From Polyangiaceae bacterium (GTDB taxonomy: Bacteria; Myxococcota_A; Polyangia; Polyangiales; Polyangiaceae): DNA of 64,000 bases. The stretch is taken from assembly GCA_965222375.1 (NCBI GenBank), contig CBDCTZ010000016.1, positions 1,600,001-1,664,000 on the forward strand. Reading direction: 5' to 3'. The notes beneath the pieces are model-generated. The model was not told the DNA's origin, did not search any database, and saw only the letters and a program-made list of their open reading frames with translations. How positions within the stretch are numbered: the first letter of the stretch is position 1; each line of letters opens with the position of its first letter. Shown in pieces: positions 38,364 to 48,498 of the stretch. The translations under genes were made by a program, and so were the position numbers.

Positions 38364-39212
38364 CTAGCTGGACCTAGGCTCGGCGCCTAAGAGCCGCGCG
38401 CAGAGTTTGCTCATCACCTGCCCCGCGCTGGCATCGATGCACAGGTCGGCCTGAGCATCACCGCGGGTGGGGCCGAGGTTGACGATGGCGATGCGGTTGC
38501 CCCGTTCGCGCGCCCGCCGGACGAAGCGGTACCCGGAAAAAACCGTGAGGGACGATCCGACTACGAGAAGCACCTGGGCCGAATGCAAGATCTCGAAGGC
38601 TGTGTCCACGACAGGCCGCGGGACTCCCTCGCCAAAGAAGACGACGTCCGGCTTCAACACCCCACCACACGTCTGGCATGCGGGCACCCGGAAAGACTCG
38701 GCGTGCAGCACTTCCGCGTCACCGTCCGGCGCGAGCTCCGTCGCGTGCAAGCTGGCCGAGTTTGGGTTTTCCGCAAGCATGCGCTGCTGGAGCTCATGGC
38801 GGCATACGACAGCGCGACAGCTCAGGCAGCGCACGCGCGACAAGGCGCCGTGCAGCTCCACCAACGTTCGGCTACCAGCTGCCTGATGCAGGCCGTCGAC
38901 GTTCTGCGTGATCAGTCCGCTGAAGATTCCCTCGGATTCCAACCGAGCGATAGCGTGATGCGCCGCGTTTGGCTGAGCCCCGGCGATGCGAGGCCAGCCA
39001 ACTACGCTGCGGGACCAGTATCGAGCTCGCGCGTTCGCCGAGGCCAAGAACTCGCGCGCTTGTATTGGGTTGCGTGCTCGGCGACGCGTTTCTGGCCCGC
39101 GGTAGTCCGGGATCCCACTCTCGGTGCTACAACCCGCGCCCGTGAGCACGGCCACCTTGTGGCCCTCGAGAAGGGCGTGCAGGGCGTCGACCGCGCTGGG
39201 AACTTGAGTCAT
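38364..39212 (-). CDS. NAD-dependent protein deacylase, Sir2 family (class II/SIRT4-like)
   Basis: [31 protein letters not shown] and [10 protein letters not shown]. Confidence 0.95.
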   Translation of the reverse strand: MTQVPSAVDALHALLEGHKVAVLTGAGCSTESGIPDYRGPETRRRARNPIQAREFLASANARARYWSRSVVGWPRIAGAQPNAAHHAIARLESEGIFSGLITQNVDGLHQAAGSRTLVELHGALSRVRCLSCRAVVCRHELQQRMLAENPNSASLHATELAPDGDAEVLHAESFRVPACQTCGGVLKPDVVFFGEGVPRPVVDTAFEILHSAQVLLVVGSSLTVFSGYRFVRRARERGNRIAIVNLGPTRGDAQADLCIDASAGQVMSKLCARLLGAEPRSS

Positions 39213-39337
39213 GACTCGGGTCACGATGCTTCGATTCGTGGCGCTTTCTGCGCCGTCGTCAAGTCCTAAGCTCGCCTGTTCGGCGTATCAGGAGCGGGCG
39301 CCTTGTGTGCCGCGGGCGTCCGCGCGACCCTGGGTCG

Positions 39338-41515
39338 ATGCGACGTCGAGTCCGGGCACCACTTGTTTCCTTCCTGCTGCTGGCGGCTGCCCCTGCGCAT
39401 GCGAGCGAGTACTTCGTAGCCCCAGGCGGAAGTGACTCGGCGCCCGGGACCCTCGCCGCGCCATTTGCGAGCGTGAAGCACGGCATTGAGCAGCTGTCGC
39501 CCGGTGACGTTCTCACACTCAGAGGCGGAACCTACTTCGAAAGAATCAAGGTCTCGAAAGGTGGCAGCGCTGGCAACCCCATCATCATCCAAGGCTACCC
39601 TGGAGAAACGGCCGTCTTGGACTCGGGCTACCCGGAACTGCGCAGCCCCAACAACGACGATTGGGAACTGGTAGACGCAGCGCGGGGCGAATACCGCACC
39701 AAGCGCAGCTGTTCCACGACTCCGAGTCGAGCGTACGTGCACGGACTGGCAGGATACGAAAACGAGCGGGTCATGCTGGTCCCGTACAAATCCGCGGCGG
39801 CTTTTCGCTCGATGTCCGACGACTACAACGCCACGGCGTTCTACGTCGGGCCGGGTACCTTCGTGGATACGGATGGGCGATGTCACATTCGCCTGGCCAA
39901 AACGAAGGAGCTACTGGAATACGAGGGTCGGTACGGCAAGCTTTTTGACGCTGCGCTGCCGGATCCCAGGAAGTACGCCATCACTCTATCCCAAGAGTCG
40001 GCCACGCTCGAAGTGGAGGCGCAACACGTCACGCTGCGGGGGTTCACCATCAACCAAGCAACGCACTCCCTGCGACTTGGATCCGGGGCGGCCAACGTGC
40101 GCATCGAGAACATGACGATCTGGAGCGGGAACAGTGCAATCGATACCAAGGCCGCGGGGATTCACGACGTGGTCATCACCGGGTCGCGCATCTACGGAGA
40201 CCACCCGCCGTGGATCTTCTGGAGCGACATGAAGGATGCGCCCACGCCTGCGGATTTAGCACGAGGCACATCCATCGCGCTTGGTGATGGCGCCCGAGAT
40301 TGGGAGTTGAGCTACAACCACATCCGCGGCTCCGGGCAGGACCTAGTCGGCGTCAATGATGACGAAACTGGCGTGCGTGTTCATCACAACCGGCTCGAGA
40401 ATTGTGGCGACGATGCGTTCGAACTCGAGGGCACGATCGACATCGGGCACATCGAGATCTACGAGAACTTCATCAGCAACTGCCTTGTCGGTATCGCTCC
40501 AGGGCAAGATTCTGCGGCCATGACGGGTCCTCTCCTGGTCTACCGCAACGTCTTCGCGATGCTGCGCGACGCCCCGGTCAATCGCGAGCCAGGCATCAAC
40601 ACTTGGAATGGTGGGGGGCGCTTTGGCTACGAGTACCTATTCAAACATGGGTCGAGTTCGAGCTACTCCACGAAGAACACTCACTACTACCACAACACCC
40701 TCGTCATGTTGAACGCGCACCGCGGTTTGAACATCACTCCGAAGAGCCCGGACGGATCGACCGTAGCCAACAACATCATGATCGTCGTGAATAGCGAGGT
40801 CCACGGAAGCTATCGGCAGGGTAGCGGCCAACTCGTTGACGGGGACCTGTACTGGAAACCAAACACCTCGAGCACGACACCGCTCGCGGACGGGTATGAC
40901 ACTGTGAGTGCGCTGTCAGCCGCTCTCGGCATCGAAGCCAAAGGCCTGGGCTCGGTTCCGAAGCAGGGGACGGATCCAAAGTTCGACAAGCCACCTTTTG
41001 GGTTTGACGATCAGACGTCGCCGATTTGGACTTTGACTGCCGCCTCGGAGCGTCGGAAACCGTCTGACTTCCTACTCGGAGCGTCGAGTCCGGGCTGCAA
41101 CGCCGGTGTGAATCTGAACAACCGCTCGTCCGTCGGCGGGAGCAAGCTCCCGGATTCGCGGAACTTCGCACCTGGTGTCGGCGCGTACCCATGCGGTACG
41201 GATCCAAAGAGCCTCGACGTCTGGCCGCTGGATCCCGCAGGCAGCGCGGCAGGCGCAGCAGGCACTGGTGGCGCCGGCGGGGTCGGTGGTGTGGGTGGTG
41301 TTGCCGGCGCAGCAGGTGGTTCCGGAGCGGGCGCCGGCGCTGCTGCGGGGTCGAGTGGGGCGTCCGCCACTGGTGGATCGGCGGGCGCGTCCCAGGATGA
41401 AGATGGCTGCGGCTGCCATCTGCCGGGGCAGCGAACCCGGTCGTGGTGGTGGCTGGCGGCAGCCGGTGTGTGGATTGCGTCGCGAAGACGCCGCCGATCG
41501 ATGCTCGGAGGCTGA
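39338..41515 (+). CDS. Secreted right-handed beta-helix protein with MYXO-CTERM tail
   Basis: YFVAPGGSD..PGT...PF, GD...LRGGTY, Asn-rich beta-helix repeats, GCGC + TM + RRRRR. Confidence 0.85.
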   Translation: MRRRVRAPLVSFLLLAAAPAHASEYFVAPGGSDSAPGTLAAPFASVKHGIEQLSPGDVLTLRGGTYFERIKVSKGGSAGNPIIIQGYPGETAVLDSGYPELRSPNNDDWELVDAARGEYRTKRSCSTTPSRAYVHGLAGYENERVMLVPYKSAAAFRSMSDDYNATAFYVGPGTFVDTDGRCHIRLAKTKELLEYEGRYGKLFDAALPDPRKYAITLSQESATLEVEAQHVTLRGFTINQATHSLRLGSGAANVRIENMTIWSGNSAIDTKAAGIHDVVITGSRIYGDHPPWIFWSDMKDAPTPADLARGTSIALGDGARDWELSYNHIRGSGQDLVGVNDDETGVRVHHNRLENCGDDAFELEGTIDIGHIEIYENFISNCLVGIAPGQDSAAMTGPLLVYRNVFAMLRDAPVNREPGINTWNGGGRFGYEYLFKHGSSSSYSTKNTHYYHNTLVMLNAHRGLNITPKSPDGSTVANNIMIVVNSEVHGSYRQGSGQLVDGDLYWKPNTSSTTPLADGYDTVSALSAALGIEAKGLGSVPKQGTDPKFDKPPFGFDDQTSPIWTLTAASERRKPSDFLLGASSPGCNAGVNLNNRSSVGGSKLPDSRNFAPGVGAYPCGTDPKSLDVWPLDPAGSAAGAAGTGGAGGVGGVGGVAGAAGGSGAGAGAAAGSSGASATGGSAGASQDEDGCGCHLPGQRTRSWWWLAAAGVWIASRRRRRSMLGG

Positions 41516-41589
41516 GGAGTGCTGGCACTGGGTCAGAACCGCTTGCGTGGCCGTGGCGCGTGCCCCACGATGCGCCCTACTCGCGCTCC

Positions 41590-42693
41590 ATGACTCTTCT
41601 GATTGTCTACGTGGGCATTGCCCTCGGTTTCTCCTTTTTGTGTTCAGTGCTCGAGGCAGTGCTGCTCTCCCTGAGCCCAGGCTACCTGGCCAAGCTGCGC
41701 GAAGAGCGCCCGGGCCTCGGTGGTCGTCTGACCAAACTCAAGGCGGAGGTGGATCGCCCTCTGGCCGCGATTCTGAGCTTGAACACGGTCGCCCACACTG
41801 TCGGCGCTGCTGGTGCAGGCGCCCAAGCGCAAGCCTTGTGGGGCTCGGAGATCCTGACGGTAGCTTCCGCAGTTCTGACTCTACTCATCCTGGTGGTTTC
41901 CGAGATCATTCCAAAGACCCTCGGCGCCGTACACTACAAGCGACTCGCGGGGTTCACGGCAGTGATCCTCCCGCTGCTCGTCAAATTGCTCTTCCCCCTC
42001 GTGTGGATGAGCGAGCTGATCACGCGGATGATCAGTTCCAAAGGTGGTGGACACGGCAGCTTGGATCGCGACGAGATTGCTGCGCTCACGCAAATGGGGG
42101 CAGACCAAGGATTGTTCGACCCAGGCGAGTCACGGATCCTGCGCGCACTGTTCAGGGCAAAGGCGTTGCGCACGACGGACATCATGACGCCCCGTACCGT
42201 CGTTTACTCCCTACCCGCTACACAAACCGTGGAGGAGGTCTTCGAGCAGAAGGACGCGATGCGTTTCTCTCGAATCCCCGTTTGGCGTGACAAGTCGGAC
42301 GATGTGCTGGGCTACGTTTTGAAGGACGAGGTGCTGCTTCACGCTGCCAAGGACGAGCTGTCGACGACGCTTGCTGACATTCACCGAGACCTGATCGTGG
42401 TGTCGCCAGAACTCTCGGTTCCCGATCTCCTGGAGACGATGCTCGCGAAAAACGAGCACATTGCGCTGGTGGTTGGCGAATTCGGTGGCGTGCAGGGCGT
42501 GGTGACCATGGAAGACGTTCTCGAAACAGTCCTGGGAGCCGAAATCGTGGACGAGGCGGACGCAACCGAAGACATGCGCAAGCTCGCTCGACAGCAGTGG
42601 TTCGAGCGGGCTCGGCGGCTAGGCATCGCTTCGGATGACGCCCTGGACGCGTTGCAGACCGAAACCCCCGACTTTGTCACGCGCGCTGAGTAG
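41590..42693 (+). CDS. CNNM (DUF21)/CBS-domain protein
   Basis: SFLCSVLEA, SEIIPKTLG, IMTPR, FSRIPV and GVVTMED. Confidence 0.93.
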   Translation: MTLLIVYVGIALGFSFLCSVLEAVLLSLSPGYLAKLREERPGLGGRLTKLKAEVDRPLAAILSLNTVAHTVGAAGAGAQAQALWGSEILTVASAVLTLLILVVSEIIPKTLGAVHYKRLAGFTAVILPLLVKLLFPLVWMSELITRMISSKGGGHGSLDRDEIAALTQMGADQGLFDPGESRILRALFRAKALRTTDIMTPRTVVYSLPATQTVEEVFEQKDAMRFSRIPVWRDKSDDVLGYVLKDEVLLHAAKDELSTTLADIHRDLIVVSPELSVPDLLETMLAKNEHIALVVGEFGGVQGVVTMEDVLETVLGAEIVDEADATEDMRKLARQQWFERARRLGIASDDALDALQTETPDFVTRAE

Positions 42694-42766
42694 CGGGTTC
42701 CGTCGCGCCCGGCGGGTTCCCGGGAGATGGTTCCAAATCTCCGCGGCCCGCTCTACATTTTGAGGC

Positions 42767-43633
42767 ATGAGCAAGCTTTCGGCGGTGGCCGGCAACCGGC
42801 AGCGTCTCGATGGAGGTGCCATGTTTGGCAACGCGCCAAGAGCGCTGTGGCAGCGCTGGGCCCAGCCGGATGACCAGAATCGAATCGTGTTGGCATGCCG
42901 CGGCGCCTTGCTGGAAGAGGCTGACGGGCGGCGGGTCCTTTTCGAGACGGGAATCGGAGGCTTCTTTCCTCCGTCCATGCGAGACCGATTTGGGGTCGAA
43001 CCAGAGCAACACGTGTTGCTCGAGTCCCTCGAAGCTCTGGGCACGAGTCACGAGGAAATCGACGTAGTCGTCTTGAGTCACCTTCACTTCGATCATGCGG
43101 GCGGCCTACTGGCCGCCTGGGAAGAAGACGCTCCACCGCGCCTGTTGTTCCCGAACGCTGGGTTCGTCGTCTCGAAAGCCGCTTGGGAGCGGGCCGCCTT
43201 GCCCCACTCGCGAGATCGCGCATCGTTCATTCCAGAGCTGCAGCCGCTGCTGGAGTCCTCCGGGCGTCTGGAAATCGTGGAAGGTTCCAGAAGCACCACG
43301 TTGGGCGCAGACTATCGCTTGCATCTGAGTGACGGACACACGCCCGGGCTGATGCTCACTGAAATGCCCTCGGCGGACGGGCCCGTATTGTTCGCGGCGG
43401 ATTTGATCCCCGGTGCTGCTTGGGTGCACCTGCCCATCACCATGGGGTACGACCGATTCCCCGAGCAGCTGATCGACGAGAAGACGCGGATCTTGACGGA
43501 ATTGCTCTCGCGTAATGGCCGGCTCTTCTTCACCCATGACCCGGATGTGGCGATGGGCTCGATCGTTCGAAACGAACGAGGGCGGTTCCAAGTGTCGGAC
43601 ACGGTTGCCGCTCCGGTGCGTCTGTCGCTCTAG
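42767..43633 (+). CDS. MBL-fold metallo-hydrolase
   Basis: [17 protein letters not shown] and MGYD. Confidence 0.93.
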   Translation: MSKLSAVAGNRQRLDGGAMFGNAPRALWQRWAQPDDQNRIVLACRGALLEEADGRRVLFETGIGGFFPPSMRDRFGVEPEQHVLLESLEALGTSHEEIDVVVLSHLHFDHAGGLLAAWEEDAPPRLLFPNAGFVVSKAAWERAALPHSRDRASFIPELQPLLESSGRLEIVEGSRSTTLGADYRLHLSDGHTPGLMLTEMPSADGPVLFAADLIPGAAWVHLPITMGYDRFPEQLIDEKTRILTELLSRNGRLFFTHDPDVAMGSIVRNERGRFQVSDTVAAPVRLSL

Positions 43634-43663
43634 TCGTGCATCGCCCGCGGCGATGACGGGGCT

Positions 43664-44215
43664 TCACTTCCGTGCCACCCAGGGAACGTCCACGACGCCG
43701 GCCTCGTGGTTCGCGCGGCGGGCTAGTACAAACAGCAAATCACTGAGTCGGTTCAAATAGACGATCGGTTCGTCCCGGACCGGGCCCGCTCGGCGCGCCG
43801 CGAGCAGCCGGCGCTCTGCTCGCCGGCACACGGCTCTTGCGTGGTGCAGGGATGCCGCCCCCACGCTGCCTCCAGGAAGCACGAAGGTCTTCAAGGTGGG
43901 CAACGGAGCCTCGGCCGCGTCGATCGCGCTCTCCAGGCGTTCCGCATCTGATGACTCGAGCAGAGACATGCCCAGCTTGTCTTCTTTGCCAGGGACGTAG
44001 GACAGCTCTGCACCGAGCACGAAGAGGTCTGCCTGCACCCGCTCCAATACTCGATCTACTTCTTCGGGTAGCCCGGCGGCCCGAGCGACACCAATGACGC
44101 CGTTGGTCTCGTCGACGGTGCCGTAGGCTTCGACCCGGGGGTCGTCCTTGTCAACCCGGGCGCCACCATAGAGGCCGGTCTGCCCGTCGTCCCCCGTTCG
44201 CGTGTAGATCTTCAT
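43664..44215 (-). CDS. PduO-type cob(I)alamin adenosyltransferase
   Basis: MKIYTRTGD.G, YGTVDE, RRAERR and YLNRLSDLLF. Confidence 0.95.
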   Translation of the reverse strand: MKIYTRTGDDGQTGLYGGARVDKDDPRVEAYGTVDETNGVIGVARAAGLPEEVDRVLERVQADLFVLGAELSYVPGKEDKLGMSLLESSDAERLESAIDAAEAPLPTLKTFVLPGGSVGAASLHHARAVCRRAERRLLAARRAGPVRDEPIVYLNRLSDLLFVLARRANHEAGVVDVPWVARK

Positions 44216-44300
44216 GCCCGGAGTATAGGGCGGCAGCTCGCGCTTTCGAACCGGTGCCAAGTCGGTTCTAGGCTGATAGCTCGTATGTCGTGGCGCAGCT

Positions 44301-44452
44301 CGGGAGTGGCGGCCCACTGTCGGGCAGTGATGCACTCCTTCGGGCATTGCCCCTTCGGGCATTGCCCCTTCGGGCATTGCCCCTTCGGGCATCACGAAGC
44401 GCGTCACAAGCGCGTCACAAGGGCGTGACGAGCGCGTCGACCCCAACAAAAC
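44301..44452 (-). repeat. Dispersed intergenic repeat, long copy G, with internal 15-bp and 11-bp tandem repeats
   Basis: TGCCCCTTCGGGCAT x3 plus a partial copy (44337-44392), and AAGCGCGTCAC-like x4 (44397-44440), between the family's two end motifs. Confidence 0.8.
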
Positions 44453-44513
44453 ATGGACGCTGTTTGGCGTCACGGGTCGCCGTCCGGTCTCGACTGGCCT
44501 AAGCTTCTCGGCG

Positions 44514-46136
44514 ATGACGAGTCCTGGTTTATGGCGCTTGGGTTGGGCAACCGGCGTGGCCTCCAGTCTTCTACTGCTTTCGCCCGCTTCGAGTGACGCT
44601 GCTTCAATGACCGAAGCCTGGCAGTCCTATCGCGACGGCAGCCGCGAGGTGCAGGCTCGGTACACCGGGGCGACAACCCGTGGAGCGAAGGGAGAGCAGC
44701 TATCGGGGGTGAGTTTGCGCTACCCGATGCGAGAGGCGGAGGTGTCTGCCCACGTTGGCAAGACGGCCATCGTCCAGCTCTCGCCGTCGAGCGAAAAGGA
44801 GCTCGAGGCTCTCGGCGCGAGGGTGGTTCGACCGCTCATGCGGAGTATCGGGCTCTGGCTGATCGAGGACATCGGCGGCGCAGATGGCCTCGCCTTGGCC
44901 AGTCGACTCTCTTCTGCACAAGCACGTAGCCGCGGCGTGACGGCGGCGGAGCCGGATCTCCATTTCAGATTGAAGTCGGCAGCGGGGCCGGTCACGCCCA
45001 ATGATCCTCGATTTGGCGGGCAGTGGTACTTCGACAAGCTCGGCATGCCCGAAGCTTGGGGGCTCAGCCAAGGACTCTCGAGTACCCGCGTTGTCGTTGT
45101 AGACAGCGGGTGCGATCTGGCGCACCCGGATCTGGCTACCAAGTGGGGCCCCGGCAAGGACGTCGTCGACGGCGATGACGATCCGAGCTTCGACTTGACC
45201 CAGTCAGGCGCTGCTCACGGGACCTCTGTGGCCGGCATCATCGCGGCTGAAACAAATAATGGTGAAGGCATCGCCGGGGGTTGCCCCGAGTGCCAAATGC
45301 ACTGCGTTCGCCTGCTCGCTGACGCACCCTTGCCGACGTCGGCATCCGTGGCGGCCTTTGACTTCGCACTGCAGGTGGACGCGGCGGTCGTTTCCAATAG
45401 CTGGGGTTACGTGGGGGCCATCCCGGTACCCGCAGTGCTCGCCGCAGCGGTCAAGAACGTGTTCCAAAACGGGCGTGGAGGCAAAGGCGCCCTGGTCATC
45501 TTTGCAGCCGGTAATGACGATCGCGAGATCTTGGACAATGAACTCCATGCACTGCCGGAAGTGTTCAATGTGGGCGCGGTCAACAACTTCGACGAATCCA
45601 CGCCCTTCACGAACTTCGGTGCTTCCCTGGACCTGGTCGCACCGACCGGCACCCTGACCACGGACATCTCCGGCCTGGGGGGGGACGACCCCGGCGACTA
45701 CACGACGAACTTCGGTGGAACGTCATCATCCTGTCCGGTCGTCGCGGGTATCGCCGGACTGCTGGTATCAGCGGCGCCGGACAAGACTGCGGCAGAGCTG
45801 TATCAAGTGATGATCGATACTGCGCGACCTGCGCCGTTCGCGATCAACGACGCGAACGGTCACGACCCGGTTTACGGTTTTGGCATCATCGACCCCGTGA
45901 AGGCACTGCGCAATGTGCTCGGGCTGCCACCCATAGCGGATGCCGGCGTTGAAGGGGGCGCAGGCGGTGCAGATGCAGGACCTCCTCCGGCGAAGCCGGC
46001 CGAGGACGACGATGGCGGGTGTGGCTGCAACGCCGCGGGAGCAGCGCCGAGCGGCCCGCTGGTTGCTTGGGTCAGCGCGATGTTGCTGCTGTGCTGGTGG
46101 CGACGGCGCTCAGGGCAGGGCACGACGTCGGCGTAG
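44514..46136 (+). CDS. S8 (subtilisin-like) serine peptidase with MYXO-CTERM tail
   Basis: VDSG, HGT, AAGN and GTSSSCP. GGCGC + TM + RRR. Confidence 0.93.
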   Translation: MTSPGLWRLGWATGVASSLLLLSPASSDAASMTEAWQSYRDGSREVQARYTGATTRGAKGEQLSGVSLRYPMREAEVSAHVGKTAIVQLSPSSEKELEALGARVVRPLMRSIGLWLIEDIGGADGLALASRLSSAQARSRGVTAAEPDLHFRLKSAAGPVTPNDPRFGGQWYFDKLGMPEAWGLSQGLSSTRVVVVDSGCDLAHPDLATKWGPGKDVVDGDDDPSFDLTQSGAAHGTSVAGIIAAETNNGEGIAGGCPECQMHCVRLLADAPLPTSASVAAFDFALQVDAAVVSNSWGYVGAIPVPAVLAAAVKNVFQNGRGGKGALVIFAAGNDDREILDNELHALPEVFNVGAVNNFDESTPFTNFGASLDLVAPTGTLTTDISGLGGDDPGDYTTNFGGTSSSCPVVAGIAGLLVSAAPDKTAAELYQVMIDTARPAPFAINDANGHDPVYGFGIIDPVKALRNVLGLPPIADAGVEGGAGGADAGPPPAKPAEDDDGGCGCNAAGAAPSGPLVAWVSAMLLLCWWRRRSGQGTTSA

Positions 46137-47663
46137 GAGCCGGATGCTGAGCAGGCCCAAGAGCCAGAGCCAGCCGAGGCTCTGGCTCGACTGATGGATT
46201 CGGCAGCCACAGCCGGAGGAGTCGTCACCCGATGACGGGTTGGTGGGCGTTCCCGCGCTACCGGCCGAGCCGCCTGCGCCGGCCGCTCCGCCCGAGCCCC
46301 CGAGGGTCGCGCGGCACTCCACTACTTCAGCCACGGACCCGATACAGAGCCCCGGCCGCGCCGACTCGCCCTGGGTTCTCGTATTGACGACGACAGCGAT
46401 GAACTCACTTGCGCCGGAGGTGTCGATGGTTTCTGTACCTGCCGTCGCATCAGCCACCCTAGTGACGGGAGCGAAGACCGAACCCGTTCGCGAGGCGAGC
46501 AGGAGTACCAGGCCCTCGGAGGCTTGGGGCGTGTCGGCGGGGTTGACCAGGGCCGCGGTCATCTCGGCGCGTCCTGTGGGAACTAAGCCATAGTACTGCG
46601 CGGAAGCGTAGAACACGCGCAGCTTCTCGTCCGAGTAGGGCGCTTCCACCGCGTCGACCTTCACTCGAGGGTAGCGCTTGCCCTCTTTGTATGAGCGGCT
46701 CGGATCCGCATAGATCGTTGTCATTAGATTCCACGTGGCGAAATCCGCAAAACCCTCCGCAAAGCTCGAGCCCTTTTGCACGAGTAGCGGGTCGAGAGCA
46801 TCGAGCCAGTACGGGTCCGCGCTGCCGCCAGAACCGTTCTTCACGCTCTCCCACAGACCACGCACAGTGCCTTTGCCGTAGCGCTCTTCCAGGAACTGGA
46901 AGAAAATCGCACTGCCGTAGCTGAAGGGGTCCACGGGGCCGGGCAGCGGCACGTCCAGGGAGCGGTCTGGGTTCTGAAAATAGCCCCCGAGGAAGCCTTC
47001 GAAATCCTTGAGGGAGTCGTCGAAGCTCTCGGTCGCCCAGACGGCACTTCCTTCGCTGAACACACTGCCCTGCTCCGTGTCGTAGGCGGCTTGCACGCCG
47101 TGGAAGAACTCGTGGCTGCACAAGATCTTGTTGGCCACCTGCGTAGACGGGTAGCCGTAGCCAGCAAAGTCGTTCTCCTGCACCATGAAACCAGAACACT
47201 GCTGCGGGTTCGTGCTCGTGCAGGAGTCCGTTTGGAAGTGCCCGTCACCCACGCCCGCGAAGTCTACGAGGTACACGTCGAACGCAGCGTCACCACCGTT
47301 GTCGGGGTTGGCCGAATCCGAGAGCGGGGCCGCAAACCCGAGCGTCGTCTCGTAATGCATCAGGACGCTTTCGTAGGTCTCTGCGACGTCTTCCACAAAA
47401 TCAGGCACGCCGGTCACTCCGACGTCCGCGCTGGGCACGGCATTGGGGCCGTTACGCGTATAATGAACCTTGAAACGACCCTGACTCGAGGAGTGGTTTT
47501 CGACGATGTCTCCCGCGTCGAAAGCAAATTGGAGGCTATTTCCAGGGGTGTCGGGGCGTAGCGCGCTCGTTTTGACACCGACGGGTTCCTTATCGAGCTC
47601 CGCTGGGCCGCAACCCGCGAGCGTGGCCAGAGCTGTGCCTGCCAGCAGCTTCAGTCGAGCCAT
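46110..47663 (-). CDS. MXAN_6640-like zinc metalloprotease with MYXO-CTERM tail
   Basis: HEFFH..Q.AY and EGSAVW. Lipobox LAG-C. SGCGC + TM + RRRR. Confidence 0.85.
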   Translation of the reverse strand: MARLKLLAGTALATLAGCGPAELDKEPVGVKTSALRPDTPGNSLQFAFDAGDIVENHSSSQGRFKVHYTRNGPNAVPSADVGVTGVPDFVEDVAETYESVLMHYETTLGFAAPLSDSANPDNGGDAAFDVYLVDFAGVGDGHFQTDSCTSTNPQQCSGFMVQENDFAGYGYPSTQVANKILCSHEFFHGVQAAYDTEQGSVFSEGSAVWATESFDDSLKDFEGFLGGYFQNPDRSLDVPLPGPVDPFSYGSAIFFQFLEERYGKGTVRGLWESVKNGSGGSADPYWLDALDPLLVQKGSSFAEGFADFATWNLMTTIYADPSRSYKEGKRYPRVKVDAVEAPYSDEKLRVFYASAQYYGLVPTGRAEMTAALVNPADTPQASEGLVLLLASRTGSVFAPVTRVADATAGTETIDTSGASEFIAVVVNTRTQGESARPGLCIGSVAEVVECRATLGGSGGAAGAGGSAGSAGTPTNPSSGDDSSGCGCRIHQSSQSLGWLWLLGLLSIRLLRRRRALP

Positions 47664-48445
47664 GACCAGCGTAGTCGGTAGGTTGCGGAAGGAGTGCCTT
47701 GGGGCACCGAGCCCGTGGAATTGCAGACCTGTTGGTTGGCGTCGTCGTAGTAGTTCGTGACGACGAGCTTGAGTTGGCGCCCGCTCGCCACGCGCACGAC
47801 GAACACATTACCGGTGGTCTGTACACAACCGGGATAGGTCCAGAAACTCGAGAGCGCTGTGGCCGGGGAGCTGGGCAAACCTGAACCATCCGGAATCAAC
47901 TCGCAGCTCGCTGTGAAGTACTCATCATTCCGGTACATCAGGTTGTCCGGCACCTGCGTAACGGCATCGTAGCCAGGGGTACCGGGTACACGGGCCGCAG
48001 TCACACAAGACGGCCCGGAGTGGCCGCTGTTGATCCGTACGACGTAGCGACGAAACGCAATGTCCCAGTCCATCGAGTCTAGAGCTGCCTCATCAGAAAG
48101 GTCGACCTTGACGAGACCAGCGTCGTCGAAGCGGCCATAGACATAGGAGTCCGGGTTCGGGTTGAAGGCTCCACCGGCGGTTGCGTCGACGGTCGACTTG
48201 AAGCCGGCCCCGTCTGCAACGCTGCTGATCTGACCCGGCGCCGGCGCTGACTTCAGGTTCATCTCCTGGATCACCTGGTCTGAGCAGGCTACCGGGGTGG
48301 GAGTCGTGCACACCGCTTGTGCGGCGTCGGTACTGGTCTCGGCGCCGGCGTCCGTTGGATTCTGCTGAGTGGGTCCGTCTTCCGAGGACGAGCAGCCGAT
48401 TGCGGTCAGGGCGATGAGCGGCGCGAGAGTTCCAATTCGTGGCAT
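47651..48445 (-). CDS. HmuY family lipoprotein
   Basis: Lipobox AIG-C, WDIAFRRY..RINSG and KL...NYY. Confidence 0.8.
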   Translation of the reverse strand: MPRIGTLAPLIALTAIGCSSSEDGPTQQNPTDAGAETSTDAAQAVCTTPTPVACSDQVIQEMNLKSAPAPGQISSVADGAGFKSTVDATAGGAFNPNPDSYVYGRFDDAGLVKVDLSDEAALDSMDWDIAFRRYVVRINSGHSGPSCVTAARVPGTPGYDAVTQVPDNLMYRNDEYFTASCELIPDGSGLPSSPATALSSFWTYPGCVQTTGNVFVVRVASGRQLKLVVTNYYDDANQQVCNSTGSVPQGTPSATYRLRWSWLD

Positions 48446-48498
48446 GTCTCGCGAATGCTAGCAGACGAACCGCCGCTGCGGACTGCGCTTCGGGGTGG

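Noticed and set aside
37571..39212. Sir2 plus nuclease anti-phage system
   Set aside because: The sirtuin is a canonical Zn-binding class II deacylase, and sfsA is convergent rather than operonic.
44337..44440. CRISPR or mini-array, and the ORF-track N-terminal extension (MPEGA repeats) of PduO
   Set aside because: The units are contiguous with no spacers. PduO starts at the canonical MKIYT (44215), so the repeat is non-coding.
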